Numbered from the stretch's first letter, positions 8,212-18,715 are shown. The stretch: 64,000 nucleotides of DNA from Desulfobacteraceae bacterium (GCA_027061725.1 JAMOVG010000392.1:8644-72643); one strand, 5' to 3'. The notes: generated from the letters alone by a model not told the origin. A program made the numbers and translations.

Positions 8212-10845
8212 ATGCGAAACCACCTGTCATATCTGGTCGTGGCGCTGATGCTGGCGTTGGCCGTGGTTCAGGCCCATGCCGTGGAGCAGGTTCGGATCCT
8301 GGTGCTGCCCTTCAGCGTTTACTCCGAACAGAATCTGAGTTACCTGGAAGACGAGATCCGGACCGTCCTGGGCGGAGATCTGCAGGCCCAGGGGGCTGGC
8401 CTGGTCTCGTGGGAGACCACTGCCGCGGATGTGCGAATGCTGGTGGACCAGGGCAACGAGGCACTGCGGAGCCTGGGGCGGGAGCAGGGCGCCGACTTCG
8501 TAGTGTGGGGCAGCCTGACCCGCGTGGGCCAGCACTTCAGCCTCGACGCCAGTCTGCTCGGCGTGCATACCGGGGGACCGCCCGAGCACTTCTACGTGGA
8601 GGGCCGGGGCATGGAGAACCTGCCGGCCAGCCTGGAGAAGCTTTCCCAGGAGATGGGGCTCAAGATTTTCAAGCGCGAGAAGGTGGTGGAAGTCAAGGTT
8701 GAGGGAAACGTGCGCATCGAGGCCGACGCCATCAAGCGGGTGATCAAGACCAAGCCCGGATCCGTTTTCCTGGCGCGCAGCATATCCCGTGATCTCAAGG
8801 CCATCTATGCCATGGGCTACTTCGACGACGTGCGCGTGGAGTCCAAGAAGAGCGGAGACGGACAGGTCATCATTTTCCACGTTAAAGAAAAGCCCACCAT
8901 TCGTCATATCCGTTTCGAGGGAAACCACGTTTTCGAAAACAACGAGCTCATGGATGCCCTGGACATCAAGACCGGCTCGATTCTCAACACCTTCAAGGTC
9001 AAGAGCAACATCGAGGCCATCAAGAACATGTACCGCGAGAAGAATTATCATAACGTGGAGGTCACCTATAAGGTCATCCCGCGAGAGCACAACCAGGCCG
9101 ACCTGGAGTTTGATATCAGCGAGGGGGAAAAGATCCGCATCAAGGAGATCACCTTCGTGGGCAACCACGCGTACAGTTCCAAAAAGCTCAAGGGCCTGAT
9201 GAAAACCTCGGAAAAGGGCTTTTTCTCCTGGTTGACGTCTTCCGGTGACCTCAAGATGGAGGACCTCAAGCAGGACGTCGCCCAGATCGCGGCTTTTTAT
9301 CACAACAACGGCTACATTGACGCCCGTGTGGCTGAGCCCGAGATCAAGTACAGCGGCAAGTGGATTTACATTACCATTAAAATCGAGGAGGGGGCGCGCT
9401 ACAAGGTCGGACGGGTCGACCTGAGCGGAGACCTGATCTGGCCCAAACCTTCCCTGCTGGCCAAACTCAAGATTCCCTCCCAGCGGTATTTCAGCCGTGA
9501 AGTGCTTCGCAACGATGTACTGGTGTTGACGGACATCTATTCGGATGCGGGCTACGCTTACGCCGAGATCAACCCGCTGGTCAAGCGCAACAAGCAGGAC
9601 CTGACGGTAGACATCGACTTTTCCATTGATAAGGGCAAGTTGGTTTATTTCGAAAAAATCATTATTGCCGGAAACGACAAGACCCGCGACAAGGTCATTC
9701 GCCGCCAGCTGCCCATTTACGAGCAGGAGCTGTACAGCGGCGGCCGGTTGAAGCAGGGCATCCGCAACCTGTACCGCCTGGATTATTTCGAGGACGTCAA
9801 AGTGGATACCAAGAAGGGCCGCGGTGACGACAAGATGGTCGTCAAGATCGACGTCACTGAGAAATCCACGGGGTCGTTCTCCATGGGGGCCGGTTACGGG
9901 ACGGTGGAGAAAATGTTCGCCACCGGCTCTATCACCCAGCGCAACCTTTTCGGGCGTGGCCAGATTCTGAACCTGCGGGGCATGGTCGGCGGCCGGACCA
10001 ACCGAGTGGACCTGAGTTTCACCGAGCCGTGGCTCTTCGACATTCCGCTGTCCGCCGGGGTGGATGCCTTCGTCTGGGACCGCGACTACGACGTCTACCA
10101 GCGTACCAGCTCCGGCGGCGCCCTGCGGGCCGGATACCCGGTCTGGCGCTACACCCGCCTGACCGGGCGCTACCTGTTCGACAGTTCCAACATTTACGAT
10201 ATCGATGCATCTGCCGCCCAGTCCATCAAGGATCTGGAGGGCACCAACGTCACCAGCAGCCTTTCGGCCATTCTGACCTACGACAGCCGCAATAACCTGT
10301 ACAACGCCACCAAGGGCATGCTCAACCGCATCACCCTGACCTATGCCGGCCTGGGAGGCGATGTCGGCTTTTACAAGGCCGTGGGCGAAGTGGGCTGGTA
10401 TTTCCCCATTATCTGGTCCACCTCGGGGTTCCTGCGGGGCAAGGCCGGCTACGTCAATGAGGCCGGCGGTATCCTGCCGGACTACGAGCGCTTCTACCTG
10501 GGCGGCATCACGTCGGTGCGTGGTTACGATTTCCGCGATATTTCGGCCTACGACGCCGACGGCAACAAGATCGGCGGCAATTCCTTCGTGCAGTTCAACG
10601 CCGAGTACCGCATGCCGCTGCTCAAGGATCAGGGCATCTTCGGGGTGGTTTTCTTCGATGCCGGCAACGTATACGGGCAGGGACAGAGCCCGGATCTTTC
10701 GGACCTGCGCACCAGCGCCGGCCTGGGGGTGCGCTGGCTTTCGCCCATGGGGCCCATTCGCCTGGAATACGCCTTTATCCTCAACCCCGAGGATGATGGG
10801 CCTTCCGGCGGAAAGTGGGAGTTCGGCATGGGGGCAGCGTTCTAG
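8212..10845 (+). CDS. bamA: outer membrane protein assembly factor BamA
   Basis: Signal peptide, a POTRA repeat region, and a C-terminal Omp85 beta-barrel ending in an aromatic residue (GMGAAF). Followed by skp-lpxD-fabZ-lpxA. Confidence 0.97.
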   Translation: MRNHLSYLVVALMLALAVVQAHAVEQVRILVLPFSVYSEQNLSYLEDEIRTVLGGDLQAQGAGLVSWETTAADVRMLVDQGNEALRSLGREQGADFVVWGSLTRVGQHFSLDASLLGVHTGGPPEHFYVEGRGMENLPASLEKLSQEMGLKIFKREKVVEVKVEGNVRIEADAIKRVIKTKPGSVFLARSISRDLKAIYAMGYFDDVRVESKKSGDGQVIIFHVKEKPTIRHIRFEGNHVFENNELMDALDIKTGSILNTFKVKSNIEAIKNMYREKNYHNVEVTYKVIPREHNQADLEFDISEGEKIRIKEITFVGNHAYSSKKLKGLMKTSEKGFFSWLTSSGDLKMEDLKQDVAQIAAFYHNNGYIDARVAEPEIKYSGKWIYITIKIEEGARYKVGRVDLSGDLIWPKPSLLAKLKIPSQRYFSREVLRNDVLVLTDIYSDAGYAYAEINPLVKRNKQDLTVDIDFSIDKGKLVYFEKIIIAGNDKTRDKVIRRQLPIYEQELYSGGRLKQGIRNLYRLDYFEDVKVDTKKGRGDDKMVVKIDVTEKSTGSFSMGAGYGTVEKMFATGSITQRNLFGRGQILNLRGMVGGRTNRVDLSFTEPWLFDIPLSAGVDAFVWDRDYDVYQRTSSGGALRAGYPVWRYTRLTGRYLFDSSNIYDIDASAAQSIKDLEGTNVTSSLSAILTYDSRNNLYNATKGMLNRITLTYAGLGGDVGFYKAVGEVGWYFPIIWSTSGFLRGKAGYVNEAGGILPDYERFYLGGITSVRGYDFRDISAYDADGNKIGGNSFVQFNAEYRMPLLKDQGIFGVVFFDAGNVYGQGQSPDLSDLRTSAGLGVRWLSPMGPIRLEYAFILNPEDDGPSGGKWEFGMGAAF

Positions 10846-10850
10846 AAGTT

Positions 10851-10878
10851 TGAAGTGTGAAGTGAAAAGTGAGAAGTA
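10851..10878 (+). repeat. four tandem purine-rich heptamers (TGAAGTG TGAAGTG AAAAGTG AGAAGTA) immediately after the bamA stop
   Basis: Read directly from the sequence. A related 18/20 copy lies at 31804-31823, and a 9-mer TGAAGCGAG is shared between 10899-10907 and 31816-31824. Confidence 0.6.
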
Positions 10879-10938
10879 TGACCTATAAGTGGGAGGTTTG
10901 AAGCGAGGGGTAAATCATTTTATCTGAGGGAGAACACT

Positions 10939-11475
10939 ATGAAATGGAATAGAATAGTCGTTTGCGTGACGGCGCTCGCTTTTTTTCTCGTGGCCCAGTC
11001 GGCCCTGGCGGCGGACGTGGCCAAGATCGGAATCGTCAACGCCCAGCGGGTGCTGATGACTTCCAAGGCCGGCAAGGCGGCCCAGGCCAAGATCAACGCC
11101 GCCGGCAAGAAGATGGAGGCCGAACTCAAAAAGAAGGGCAAAGAGATACAGGATCTCAAAAACCGCCTGCAGCGCGAGGCCATGGTGCTGAGCAAGGAGG
11201 TGCGCGACAACCGCGAGCGCGAAATCCGCATCAAGATCAACGACCTGAAGTCCTCCCAGGTCAAGTATCGCCAGGAGCTGCAGAACATGGAGAAGAAGCT
11301 CTTGGGCGAGCTCAGAAAGGAGATTCTGAAGGTGGCCAACGAACTCGGCAAGAAGGAGGGCTACCTGATGATCATCGACCGCATGGGCGTGCTATACGCC
11401 CCCAAGAAGCTGGACATCACAGACAAGCTGATCAAGGAATTCAACCGCACCTACGCCAAGAAGAAGAAAAAGTAG
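10939..11475 (+). CDS. skp: OmpH/Skp family periplasmic chaperone
   Basis: Signal peptide followed by a long Lys/Glu-rich coiled-coil region. Canonical position between bamA and lpxD. Confidence 0.9.
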   Translation: MKWNRIVVCVTALAFFLVAQSALAADVAKIGIVNAQRVLMTSKAGKAAQAKINAAGKKMEAELKKKGKEIQDLKNRLQREAMVLSKEVRDNREREIRIKINDLKSSQVKYRQELQNMEKKLLGELRKEILKVANELGKKEGYLMIIDRMGVLYAPKKLDITDKLIKEFNRTYAKKKKK

Positions 11476-11499
11476 GATCCGCGGACGGAGAACGCAAAC

Positions 11500-12552
11500 A
11501 TGGAAGCAAAACTGCGGGACATCGCGGCCCTGCTGCGGGCCGAACTGGCCGGGGACGGGGAAGTGCTCATCCGCGGAGCGGCCCCCTTTGAGACGGCCTC
11601 CGGCGACCAGCTTACCTATGCCGGCAGCAGCCGTTTCCTGAGACGCATCGATGAGACCGATGCCGGCGCCATTCTGGTGCCCAGGGGTTTCGAGGCGCCC
11701 GGCAGGAACCTGTTGCGGGTGGACAACCCGGAACTCACCTTTCTGAAGCTGCTGGACCGCTTTGTGCCCAAGGCCCCGCCCAGGATCGGCATCGATCCGA
11801 CGGCCTGCACGGGACAGGACGTCGAGATGGGCCGGGACGTGTACCTGGGGCCCCACGTGGTCATCGGGGACCGGGTGCGTCTGGGCGACCGGGTCAAGAT
11901 CGCCGCCGGCACCTTCATCGGCGACGACGTGCAAATGGGCGACGACGTGGAGATCTGGCCCAACGTCACCATCCTGGAGCGCTGCCGCATCGGCAGCCGG
12001 GTGCGCATCCAGGCCGCCACCGTGATCGGGTCCATCGGGTTCGGGTACGTCAACGATGGGGAGCGTTACCATCCCATTCCCCACACGGGCATCGTGCAGA
12101 TCGATGACGACGTGGACATCGGCGCCGGCAACACCATCGACCGTGCCACATTCGGCAGAACCTGGATCCAGAGCGGCGTCAAGACGGACAACCAGGTGCA
12201 CATCGCCCACAACGTCACCGTCGGGTCGCACACCGTGATGGCAGCCCAGGCCGGCGTTTCCGGCAGCGTGACCATCGGTAGCCACTGCATCCTGGCGGGC
12301 CAGTCGGGCGTGTCGCAGCACCTGACCCTGGGTGACCGGGTGATCGTCGGCCCCCAGGCGGGCCTGGCCAAGTCGGTGCCCGAAGGCCAGATCGTGTCCG
12401 GTTCACCGGAGATGCCCCATCGCACCTGGCTCAAGGTGCATCGCATCATCCCGCGCCTGCCGGAATTCAGGAAGCAGATGGCCGACCTCGAAAAGCGCCT
12501 CAGAGCGCTGGAGGCAGCCGCCGCATTCGCATCGGGGGAGAAGCCGGATTGA
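11500..12552 (+). CDS. lpxD: UDP-3-O-acylglucosamine N-acyltransferase
   Basis: N-terminal LpxD uridine-binding domain followed by a long hexapeptide-repeat left-handed beta-helix. Position in the skp-lpxD-fabZ-lpxA block. Confidence 0.95.
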   Translation: MEAKLRDIAALLRAELAGDGEVLIRGAAPFETASGDQLTYAGSSRFLRRIDETDAGAILVPRGFEAPGRNLLRVDNPELTFLKLLDRFVPKAPPRIGIDPTACTGQDVEMGRDVYLGPHVVIGDRVRLGDRVKIAAGTFIGDDVQMGDDVEIWPNVTILERCRIGSRVRIQAATVIGSIGFGYVNDGERYHPIPHTGIVQIDDDVDIGAGNTIDRATFGRTWIQSGVKTDNQVHIAHNVTVGSHTVMAAQAGVSGSVTIGSHCILAGQSGVSQHLTLGDRVIVGPQAGLAKSVPEGQIVSGSPEMPHRTWLKVHRIIPRLPEFRKQMADLEKRLRALEAAAAFASGEKPD

Positions 12553-12628
12553 GTCAGGCCGGCGCAAACGCCCCGCAGAGCGGTGGTGGACTCCGGCGGT
12601 CGTCTCGCCTGAAAAGAGGAATATCACC

Positions 12629-13060
12629 ATGGAAAAGCCTTTCGATATCCAGAAGATTCTGTCGATGCTGCCCCACCGCTATCCTTTTCTGATGGTGGAC
12701 CGGGTGCTGGAATTCGTCTCCAAAGAAAAAATCGTGGCCCTGAAGAACGTCACCATCAACGAGCCCTTTTTTCAGGGCCATTTCCCCGGGCAGCCCATCA
12801 TGCCGGGCGTTCTGATTATCGAGGCCCTGGCCCAGGCCGGCGGGCTGTTGGTCTGCGCCTCGGCCGATGAAGCCTCCCCAGAGGCGGTCTACTTTCTGGG
12901 AATGGACAGGGTCAAATTCCGCCGGGCGGTGTATCCGGGGGACCAGTTGATTCTGGACGTCACCCTGGGGCGCACCCGCGGAAACGTGGCCAAGATGAAA
13001 GGCACGGCCACGGTGGACGGCAAGGTGGTGGCCGAGGGCGAACTGATCGGACGTTTTTAG
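12629..13060 (+). CDS. fabZ: 3-hydroxyacyl-ACP dehydratase FabZ
   Basis: Hot-dog fold with the FabZ motif [13 protein letters not shown] and [16 protein letters not shown]. Confidence 0.97.
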   Translation: MEKPFDIQKILSMLPHRYPFLMVDRVLEFVSKEKIVALKNVTINEPFFQGHFPGQPIMPGVLIIEALAQAGGLLVCASADEASPEAVYFLGMDRVKFRRAVYPGDQLILDVTLGRTRGNVAKMKGTATVDGKVVAEGELIGRF

Positions 13061-13186
13061 AAAACGGCGGCCGACCATGAACCGGATCGTCGGCATGCCA
13101 CACCACAGAACCTGCAGAGAAACGCTTGCACCACGCAGCCGTTGCGGCCGCGGTGATCTGCGCGAATTCATCATTGAGGATTGGAA

Positions 13187-13957
13187 ATGATACACCCCAC
13201 AGCCATCGTGGACAACCAGGCCGAAATCGGGGCTGATGTCACCATCGGACCATACAGTGTGGTGGCGGCCAATGTAAAGATCGGCAAGGGATCCGTCATC
13301 GGGCCCCACGTCACTATCGAACCCTTCGTCACCATCGGCGCCCGCTGCTATATTTTCCAATATGCCTCCGTGGGCGCCATTCCCCAGACTATTGACTGGG
13401 GCGGCGAGGAGAGCTACGTCGTCATCGGCGACGGCACCGTCATTCGTGAGTTCGTGACCATCAACCGGGGGACCGCGTCCGGCGGCGGCACCACCCGGGT
13501 GGGGGAGGAGAACTTCCTGATGGCCTATTGCCACATCGCCCACGACTGCCAGCTGGGCCGCCGCGTGATTCTGGCCAACAACACCACGTTGGCCGGACAC
13601 ATCACCATCGGCGACTGTGCCACCCTGGGCGGCCTGACCGCCGTACACCAGTTTTCGCGCATCGGCGAATACGCTTTCGTGGGGGGCACCTCGGGCGTGG
13701 ACAAGGACATCCCCCCGTACACGCTGGCGTGGGGCAACCGGGCCAAGCTATACGGCCTCAACACGATAGGCCTCAAGCGCCACGGCTTCCGCCCCGAGAC
13801 CCTGGCGGCGCTCAAGAAAGTCTACCGCATCGTCTTCCGCAGCAGCCTTTCGCTCAGGGAGGCCATCGAAAAGATCCGCAGCGAGGTCGAGGCGCTGCCA
13901 GAAGTCGAAACTTTCATCGCCTTTGTGGAGAGTTCCCAGCGGGGAATCACCCGCTGA
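13187..13957 (+). CDS. lpxA: acyl-ACP--UDP-N-acetylglucosamine O-acyltransferase
   Basis: MIHPTAIVD N-terminus and hexapeptide repeats. GAGGA lies 6 nt upstream of the ATG at 13187; the ORF-track TTG at 13181 is less likely. Confidence 0.95.
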   Translation: MIHPTAIVDNQAEIGADVTIGPYSVVAANVKIGKGSVIGPHVTIEPFVTIGARCYIFQYASVGAIPQTIDWGGEESYVVIGDGTVIREFVTINRGTASGGGTTRVGEENFLMAYCHIAHDCQLGRRVILANNTTLAGHITIGDCATLGGLTAVHQFSRIGEYAFVGGTSGVDKDIPPYTLAWGNRAKLYGLNTIGLKRHGFRPETLAALKKVYRIVFRSSLSLREAIEKIRSEVEALPEVETFIAFVESSQRGITR

Positions 13958-13964
13958 AGAGACC

Positions 13965-14816
13965 ATGTCATCACCAACGGATCACAGCGGCGCCCCTGCG
14001 CAGCGGAAAATCGGCCTGATCGCCGGCAACGGGCAGTTTCCCCTGATCTTTGCCCGCGCGGCACGCGACAGGGGGCTGTCCGTGTACGCCGTGGCCCACA
14101 TTGGTGAAACGGTTGAGGAACTGGCGCAGCAGGTGGATGCCATCCAGTGGCTGCACGTGGGTCAGATCAAGAAGCTGATTCGGTTCTTCAAACGCAGCGG
14201 GGTGGGGGTGGCCGCCATGATCGGCGGCATCCGCAAGACCCGCATGTTCACCGATGTAAGGCCGGACACCAAGGCCATCGCCCTGTTTGCCGCCATGCGT
14301 CACACCCATGATGACGGTATCCTGCGTGCCTTTGCCGGGGTGCTCGAAAAGTCGGGCATCCGGGTGCTGCCGTCCACGGAACTGGTGCCGGAGCTGCTGG
14401 CACCGGAGGGTTGCTGGACGCGCCGCAGACCCAGCCGGGCCGAAAGGGACGACATCGAACTGGGCTGGAAACTGGCCAAGGACATCGGTCGCCTGGGCAT
14501 CGGCCAGTGCGTAGTCATGGGCGGCGGCAGCGTGCTGGCGGTGGAGGCCATCGATGGAACCGACGCCACCATCGCCCGGGGGGGCGGCCTGGGGCGCGGC
14601 AACGCCGTGGTGGTCAAGATCTGCAAGCCCAACCAGGACCTGCGCTTCGACATCCCCGCGGTGGGCGTGGAAACCATTGAGACCATGGCGGCCCACGGCG
14701 CCACGGCCCTGGCCGTGGAGGCCGGGCGCACCGTGGTTTTCGACCGGGAGAAAATGGTGGCGGCAGCCGACAGGGCCGGCATTGCCGTCGTGGCCCTGAA
14801 GGGAGTGGACGACTGA
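13965..14816 (+). CDS. lpxI: UDP-2,3-diacylglucosamine diphosphatase LpxI (DUF1009 family)
   Basis: Position between lpxA and lpxB. The sequence pattern (IGLIAGNGQFP ... GQCVVMGGGSVLAVEAIDGTDATI) is typical of LpxI. Start moved to the ATG at 13965, after the lpxA stop. Confidence 0.85.
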   Translation: MSSPTDHSGAPAQRKIGLIAGNGQFPLIFARAARDRGLSVYAVAHIGETVEELAQQVDAIQWLHVGQIKKLIRFFKRSGVGVAAMIGGIRKTRMFTDVRPDTKAIALFAAMRHTHDDGILRAFAGVLEKSGIRVLPSTELVPELLAPEGCWTRRRPSRAERDDIELGWKLAKDIGRLGIGQCVVMGGGSVLAVEAIDGTDATIARGGGLGRGNAVVVKICKPNQDLRFDIPAVGVETIETMAAHGATALAVEAGRTVVFDREKMVAAADRAGIAVVALKGVDD

Positions 14817-14819
14817 GAT

Positions 14820-15794
14820 ATGAATGCGGATCGCTCGGACAAACGGTTGCGGGTCGGCGTGGTGGGCGTCGGTTACCTGGGAAAATTTCACGCCGAAAAG
14901 TACGCCCGCATGCCCGAGGTGGAGCTGGTGGGTGTGGCCGATATCGATGCCCGCCGGGCAGAGGAAGTCGCCCGGCAGCTTGGCACGCGGGCCTTTTCGG
15001 ATCACCGCCGGCTGCTGGGAAAGGTGGACGCCGTCAGCGTGGTGGTACCCACTCCCGAGCATTTCACGGTGAGCATGGACTTTCTCAACCATGATGTGGA
15101 CGTGCTCATTGAAAAACCCATCACCACCTCGCTGGCCCAGGCCGACGAACTCATCCGGGTGTCCGACGAACGCGGCCTGATCGTTCAGATCGGACACCTG
15201 GAGCGCTACAACCCGGCGGTCATCGCCCTGCGCGACTACATCCGGCAGCCCATGTTCATCGAGTCCCACCGGTTGAGCATCTTCAAGCCCCGCTGCACCG
15301 ATGTCAGCGTGGTGCTGGATCTCATGATCCACGACATCGATATCATTCTGAACTTCGTCAAGTCGGAGGTCAGGGAGATACGGGCGGCCGGCGTACCGGT
15401 GATATCGGGCCAGGTGGACATCGCCAACGCGCGCCTGGAATTCGAATGTGGCTGTGTGGCCAATGTCACGGCCAGTCGCATTTCCCTTAAGAACCAGCGC
15501 AAGATCCGCCTGTTTCAGAAAGATGCCTACATTTCGGTGGATTTTGCCAGCCGACAGATCACCGTCATTCACCGCAATGCGGAAAAGAAGGGCGGCCTGA
15601 TCCCGGGCATGGAGGTGGAGCAGCTGTCATTCACCGAATCCGACGTGCTGGAGGACGAACTGGCAGCTTTTGTGCGTAATGTCCGCGGTCGCCGGGCACC
15701 GCGTGTATCGGCGCGGGTGGGGCGCGACGCCCTGGGCGTCGCCCTGGACATCATGCGGCAGATCAATGCCGCCGCCAGGGAATGCCTGATCTAG
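14820..15794 (+). CDS. Gfo/Idh/MocA family NAD(P)-dependent oxidoreductase embedded in the lpx operon
   Basis: N-terminal Rossmann motif (RVGVVGVGYLGKFHA) and family-typical EKP motif (LIEKPIT). Sits between lpxI and lpxB. Confidence 0.85.
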   Translation: MNADRSDKRLRVGVVGVGYLGKFHAEKYARMPEVELVGVADIDARRAEEVARQLGTRAFSDHRRLLGKVDAVSVVVPTPEHFTVSMDFLNHDVDVLIEKPITTSLAQADELIRVSDERGLIVQIGHLERYNPAVIALRDYIRQPMFIESHRLSIFKPRCTDVSVVLDLMIHDIDIILNFVKSEVREIRAAGVPVISGQVDIANARLEFECGCVANVTASRISLKNQRKIRLFQKDAYISVDFASRQITVIHRNAEKKGGLIPGMEVEQLSFTESDVLEDELAAFVRNVRGRRAPRVSARVGRDALGVALDIMRQINAAARECLI

Positions 15795-15804
15795 GCGTGC
15801 CGTC

Positions 15805-16953
15805 ATGTCCACAGCCCAGCCAAAGAACGTGATGATCATCGCCGGAGAGGCCTCCGGCGACCTGCACGGCGCCATGCTGGTCCAGGCGCTGCACCGCAAG
15901 ACGCGGCGGCTTCTGGTCTACGGCATCGGCGGCGAGGCCATGCGGGCGGCCGGTGTGCGCATCGTGATCGACGCGGCGACGCTTTCGGTGGTGGGTATTA
16001 CCGAGGTGTTTTCCCGGCTGGCGGTCCTGAAGAGGGCCGTGAACACCGCCAAGCAGATGCTGCGTCGGCTGTCGCCGGATCTGCTGATCCTGATCGATTT
16101 TCCCGACTTCAACCTGCACGTGGCTGCCGAGGCCCGGCGGCGGGGAGTCCCCGTACTGTACTACATCAGCCCGCAGCTGTGGGCCTGGCGCTCCGGGCGG
16201 GTGAAAAAGATCCGGCGACGGGTGGACCACATGGCGGTGATCCTGCCTTTCGAGGCCGACTTCTACCGCCGGTGGCGGGTGCCGGTCAGCTTTGTTGGGC
16301 ACCCGCTGCTGGACCATGGCGCACCGCCCGTGGCCGAAGTCCAACACTGGCGCCGCAGCCGGGTCGTCGGTCTACTGCCGGGATCCCGGGATGGCGAGGT
16401 GGCCCGCCACCTGCCCATCATGCTCCAGGCCGCGAAACGGTTGGCCGCCCGGGAGCCCGACCTGCGTTTCCTGGTCTCCATTGCCGCGGGCGTCGGCGAT
16501 GACGTGGTGCGCGATGCCGTCGCCGCCGGGGGCATGCCGCCGGGCACCGAGATGCTCGACGGCGGCATGCGGCGTATTTTGTCGGAAAGCCGCATGGTGA
16601 TGGCGGTCTCCGGGACGGTGACCCTGGAAACGGGTATCAGCGGCATGCCCATGGTCATCATCTACCGTGTCTCTCCGGTGAGCTACCTGCTGGGAAAGCT
16701 GCTCATCCGGGTGGAGCACATCGGGCTGGTCAACCTCATCGCGGGCCGCAAGATCGTGCCGGAACTCATCCAGCATGAGGCCAACCCGGAAACCCTCGCC
16801 CGCACGGTGGCCGCCATGCTGGCCGATCCGCGGCGGCTGGAGGAGATGCGGGAACAACTGCTCAACACCCGCAGCCTGCTGGGAGGACCCGGTGCTTCGG
16901 ACCGGGTGGGCGACATCGCCCTGGCGCTGCTGGCAGGAGACTGCCGATTATGA
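15805..16953 (+). CDS. lpxB: lipid-A-disaccharide synthase
   Basis: Family-typical N-terminus (IIAGEASGDLHGA) and length. 4-nt overlap (ATGA) with msbA. Confidence 0.93.
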   Translation: MSTAQPKNVMIIAGEASGDLHGAMLVQALHRKTRRLLVYGIGGEAMRAAGVRIVIDAATLSVVGITEVFSRLAVLKRAVNTAKQMLRRLSPDLLILIDFPDFNLHVAAEARRRGVPVLYYISPQLWAWRSGRVKKIRRRVDHMAVILPFEADFYRRWRVPVSFVGHPLLDHGAPPVAEVQHWRRSRVVGLLPGSRDGEVARHLPIMLQAAKRLAAREPDLRFLVSIAAGVGDDVVRDAVAAGGMPPGTEMLDGGMRRILSESRMVMAVSGTVTLETGISGMPMVIIYRVSPVSYLLGKLLIRVEHIGLVNLIAGRKIVPELIQHEANPETLARTVAAMLADPRRLEEMREQLLNTRSLLGGPGASDRVGDIALALLAGDCRL

Positions 16954-18704
16954 AAATACTGCCCCGATTCAAGTTTACCGCCCGCCACCGCCAGCTGCTG
17001 GGCCTGATCAAGAACCAGCGCCTCAAGCTGGCCGGCGGCATGCTGTGCATGCTGGTACTGGCGGCCTCCACCTCGGCTTCGGCTTTCCTGGTCAAGCCGG
17101 TGATGGACGACATCTTTGTCAACAAGAACAGCAAACTGCTGATGATCATCCCCCTTGCCGTGGTGCTGCTCTACCTGCTGCGCGGTGCCGGCATGTACGG
17201 CAAGGAATACCTGATGAGCTACGTGGGCCAGGAGATCATCATGCAGCTGCGCTGCCTGCTCTACGAGAAGATCCAGAGCCTGCCGCTGTCCTTTTTCCAC
17301 AGCGAACGCACCGGCGTGCTCATGTCGCGCATCACCAACGACGTCAATATCGTGCGCGAGATGGTCTCCACGGCGGTCACCAGCGCCCTGCGCGATGTCT
17401 TCACCATCATCGGGCTGACCTTCGTTATTTTCTACCGTGACTGGAAGATGGCGCTGTTCGCCATGGTTATCCTGCCGGTGGCCTTTTTCCCCATCGTCGA
17501 GTTCGGGCGGCGCATCCGGCGGGTGAGCACCGGCTGCCAGGAAGCCATGGCCGACCTTAACGCCCTACTGCATGAGACCTTCGCGGGCAGCAAGATCGTC
17601 AAGGCCTTCGGCATGGAAGAGTACGAAAACCGGCGCTTTCGCCGCCGGGCGCGGGAGCTTTTTGACCTGGAGGTTCGAAGCGCGCGCATCAAGTCCCTGT
17701 CGTCACCGGTGATGGAGTTCCTGGCCGGGCTGGGCATCGCCTTCATCATCTGGTACGGCGGTTACCGCGTGATCAACGGCACCTCCACGCCGGGGACCTT
17801 TTTCTCCTTCCTGGCGGCCGTGCTGTTTCTCTACGACCCGGTCAAAAAGCTGACGCGTCTCAACAACGCCATCCAGGAGGGCCTGGCGGCGGTGGACCGC
17901 ATTTTCGACATTCTGGAGCGGGAAAACGAGATTCGGGATCCTGAAGAACCCCGGTTGCTGGAGCCGGGGCCGCACGCGGTGCGTTTCGAACAGGTGAATT
18001 TCAGTTATGACGGCCGCGAGCAGGTGCTGCAGGACATCAATCTGGAGGCCCGCGCCGGGGAAGTGCTGGCGCTGGTGGGCATGAGCGGTGGCGGCAAGAC
18101 GTCGCTGGTCAACCTGATCCCGCGCTTCTACGATGCCACCGGCGGACGGGTATGCGTAGACGGCATCGACGTGCGCGACCTGGCGGTGCAGTCGCTGCGC
18201 AGCCAGATCGCCATCGTGACCCAGGAGCCTATCCTGTTCAACGACAGCGTGCGTAACAATATCGCCTACGGCAACCCGGAGGCCCGTATGCAGGACATCG
18301 AGGCGGCCGCCAAGGCCGCTTACGCCTACGACTTCATCCGGCAGTTTCCCAAGGGGTTCGAGACCAACATTGGTGAACTGGGCGGCCGCCTGTCGGGGGG
18401 GGAAAAACAGCGGCTGTGCATCGCCCGCGCGCTGCTCAAGGATGCGCCCATCCTGATCCTGGACGAGGCCACCTCCTCACTCGACAGCGAGTCGGAGATG
18501 CTGGTGCAGAAAGCCCTGCAGAACCTCATGCAGGGGCGCACCACCTTCGTCATCGCCCATCGTCTCTCTACCACCGCCTATGCCGACCGCATCCTGGTGA
18601 TCGTGGACGGCCGCATCGTGGAGCAGGGCCGGCATCAGGAACTGCTCTGCGCGGATGGGGAGTACTGCAAGCTTTACAGAATGCAGTTCGACAACGGCGT
18701 ATAA
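16950..18704 (+). CDS. msbA: lipid A export ABC transporter (fused permease/ATPase), MsbA-like
   Basis: Six-TM ABC exporter domain plus NBD: Walker A GMSGGGKTS, signature LSGGEKQR, Walker B ILILDEATS. Context between lpxB and lptFG/lpxK. Confidence 0.9.
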   Translation: MKILPRFKFTARHRQLLGLIKNQRLKLAGGMLCMLVLAASTSASAFLVKPVMDDIFVNKNSKLLMIIPLAVVLLYLLRGAGMYGKEYLMSYVGQEIIMQLRCLLYEKIQSLPLSFFHSERTGVLMSRITNDVNIVREMVSTAVTSALRDVFTIIGLTFVIFYRDWKMALFAMVILPVAFFPIVEFGRRIRRVSTGCQEAMADLNALLHETFAGSKIVKAFGMEEYENRRFRRRARELFDLEVRSARIKSLSSPVMEFLAGLGIAFIIWYGGYRVINGTSTPGTFFSFLAAVLFLYDPVKKLTRLNNAIQEGLAAVDRIFDILERENEIRDPEEPRLLEPGPHAVRFEQVNFSYDGREQVLQDINLEARAGEVLALVGMSGGGKTSLVNLIPRFYDATGGRVCVDGIDVRDLAVQSLRSQIAIVTQEPILFNDSVRNNIAYGNPEARMQDIEAAAKAAYAYDFIRQFPKGFETNIGELGGRLSGGEKQRLCIARALLKDAPILILDEATSSLDSESEMLVQKALQNLMQGRTTFVIAHRLSTTAYADRILVIVDGRIVEQGRHQELLCADGEYCKLYRMQFDNGV

Positions 18705-18715
18705 AAGGATGCCGG

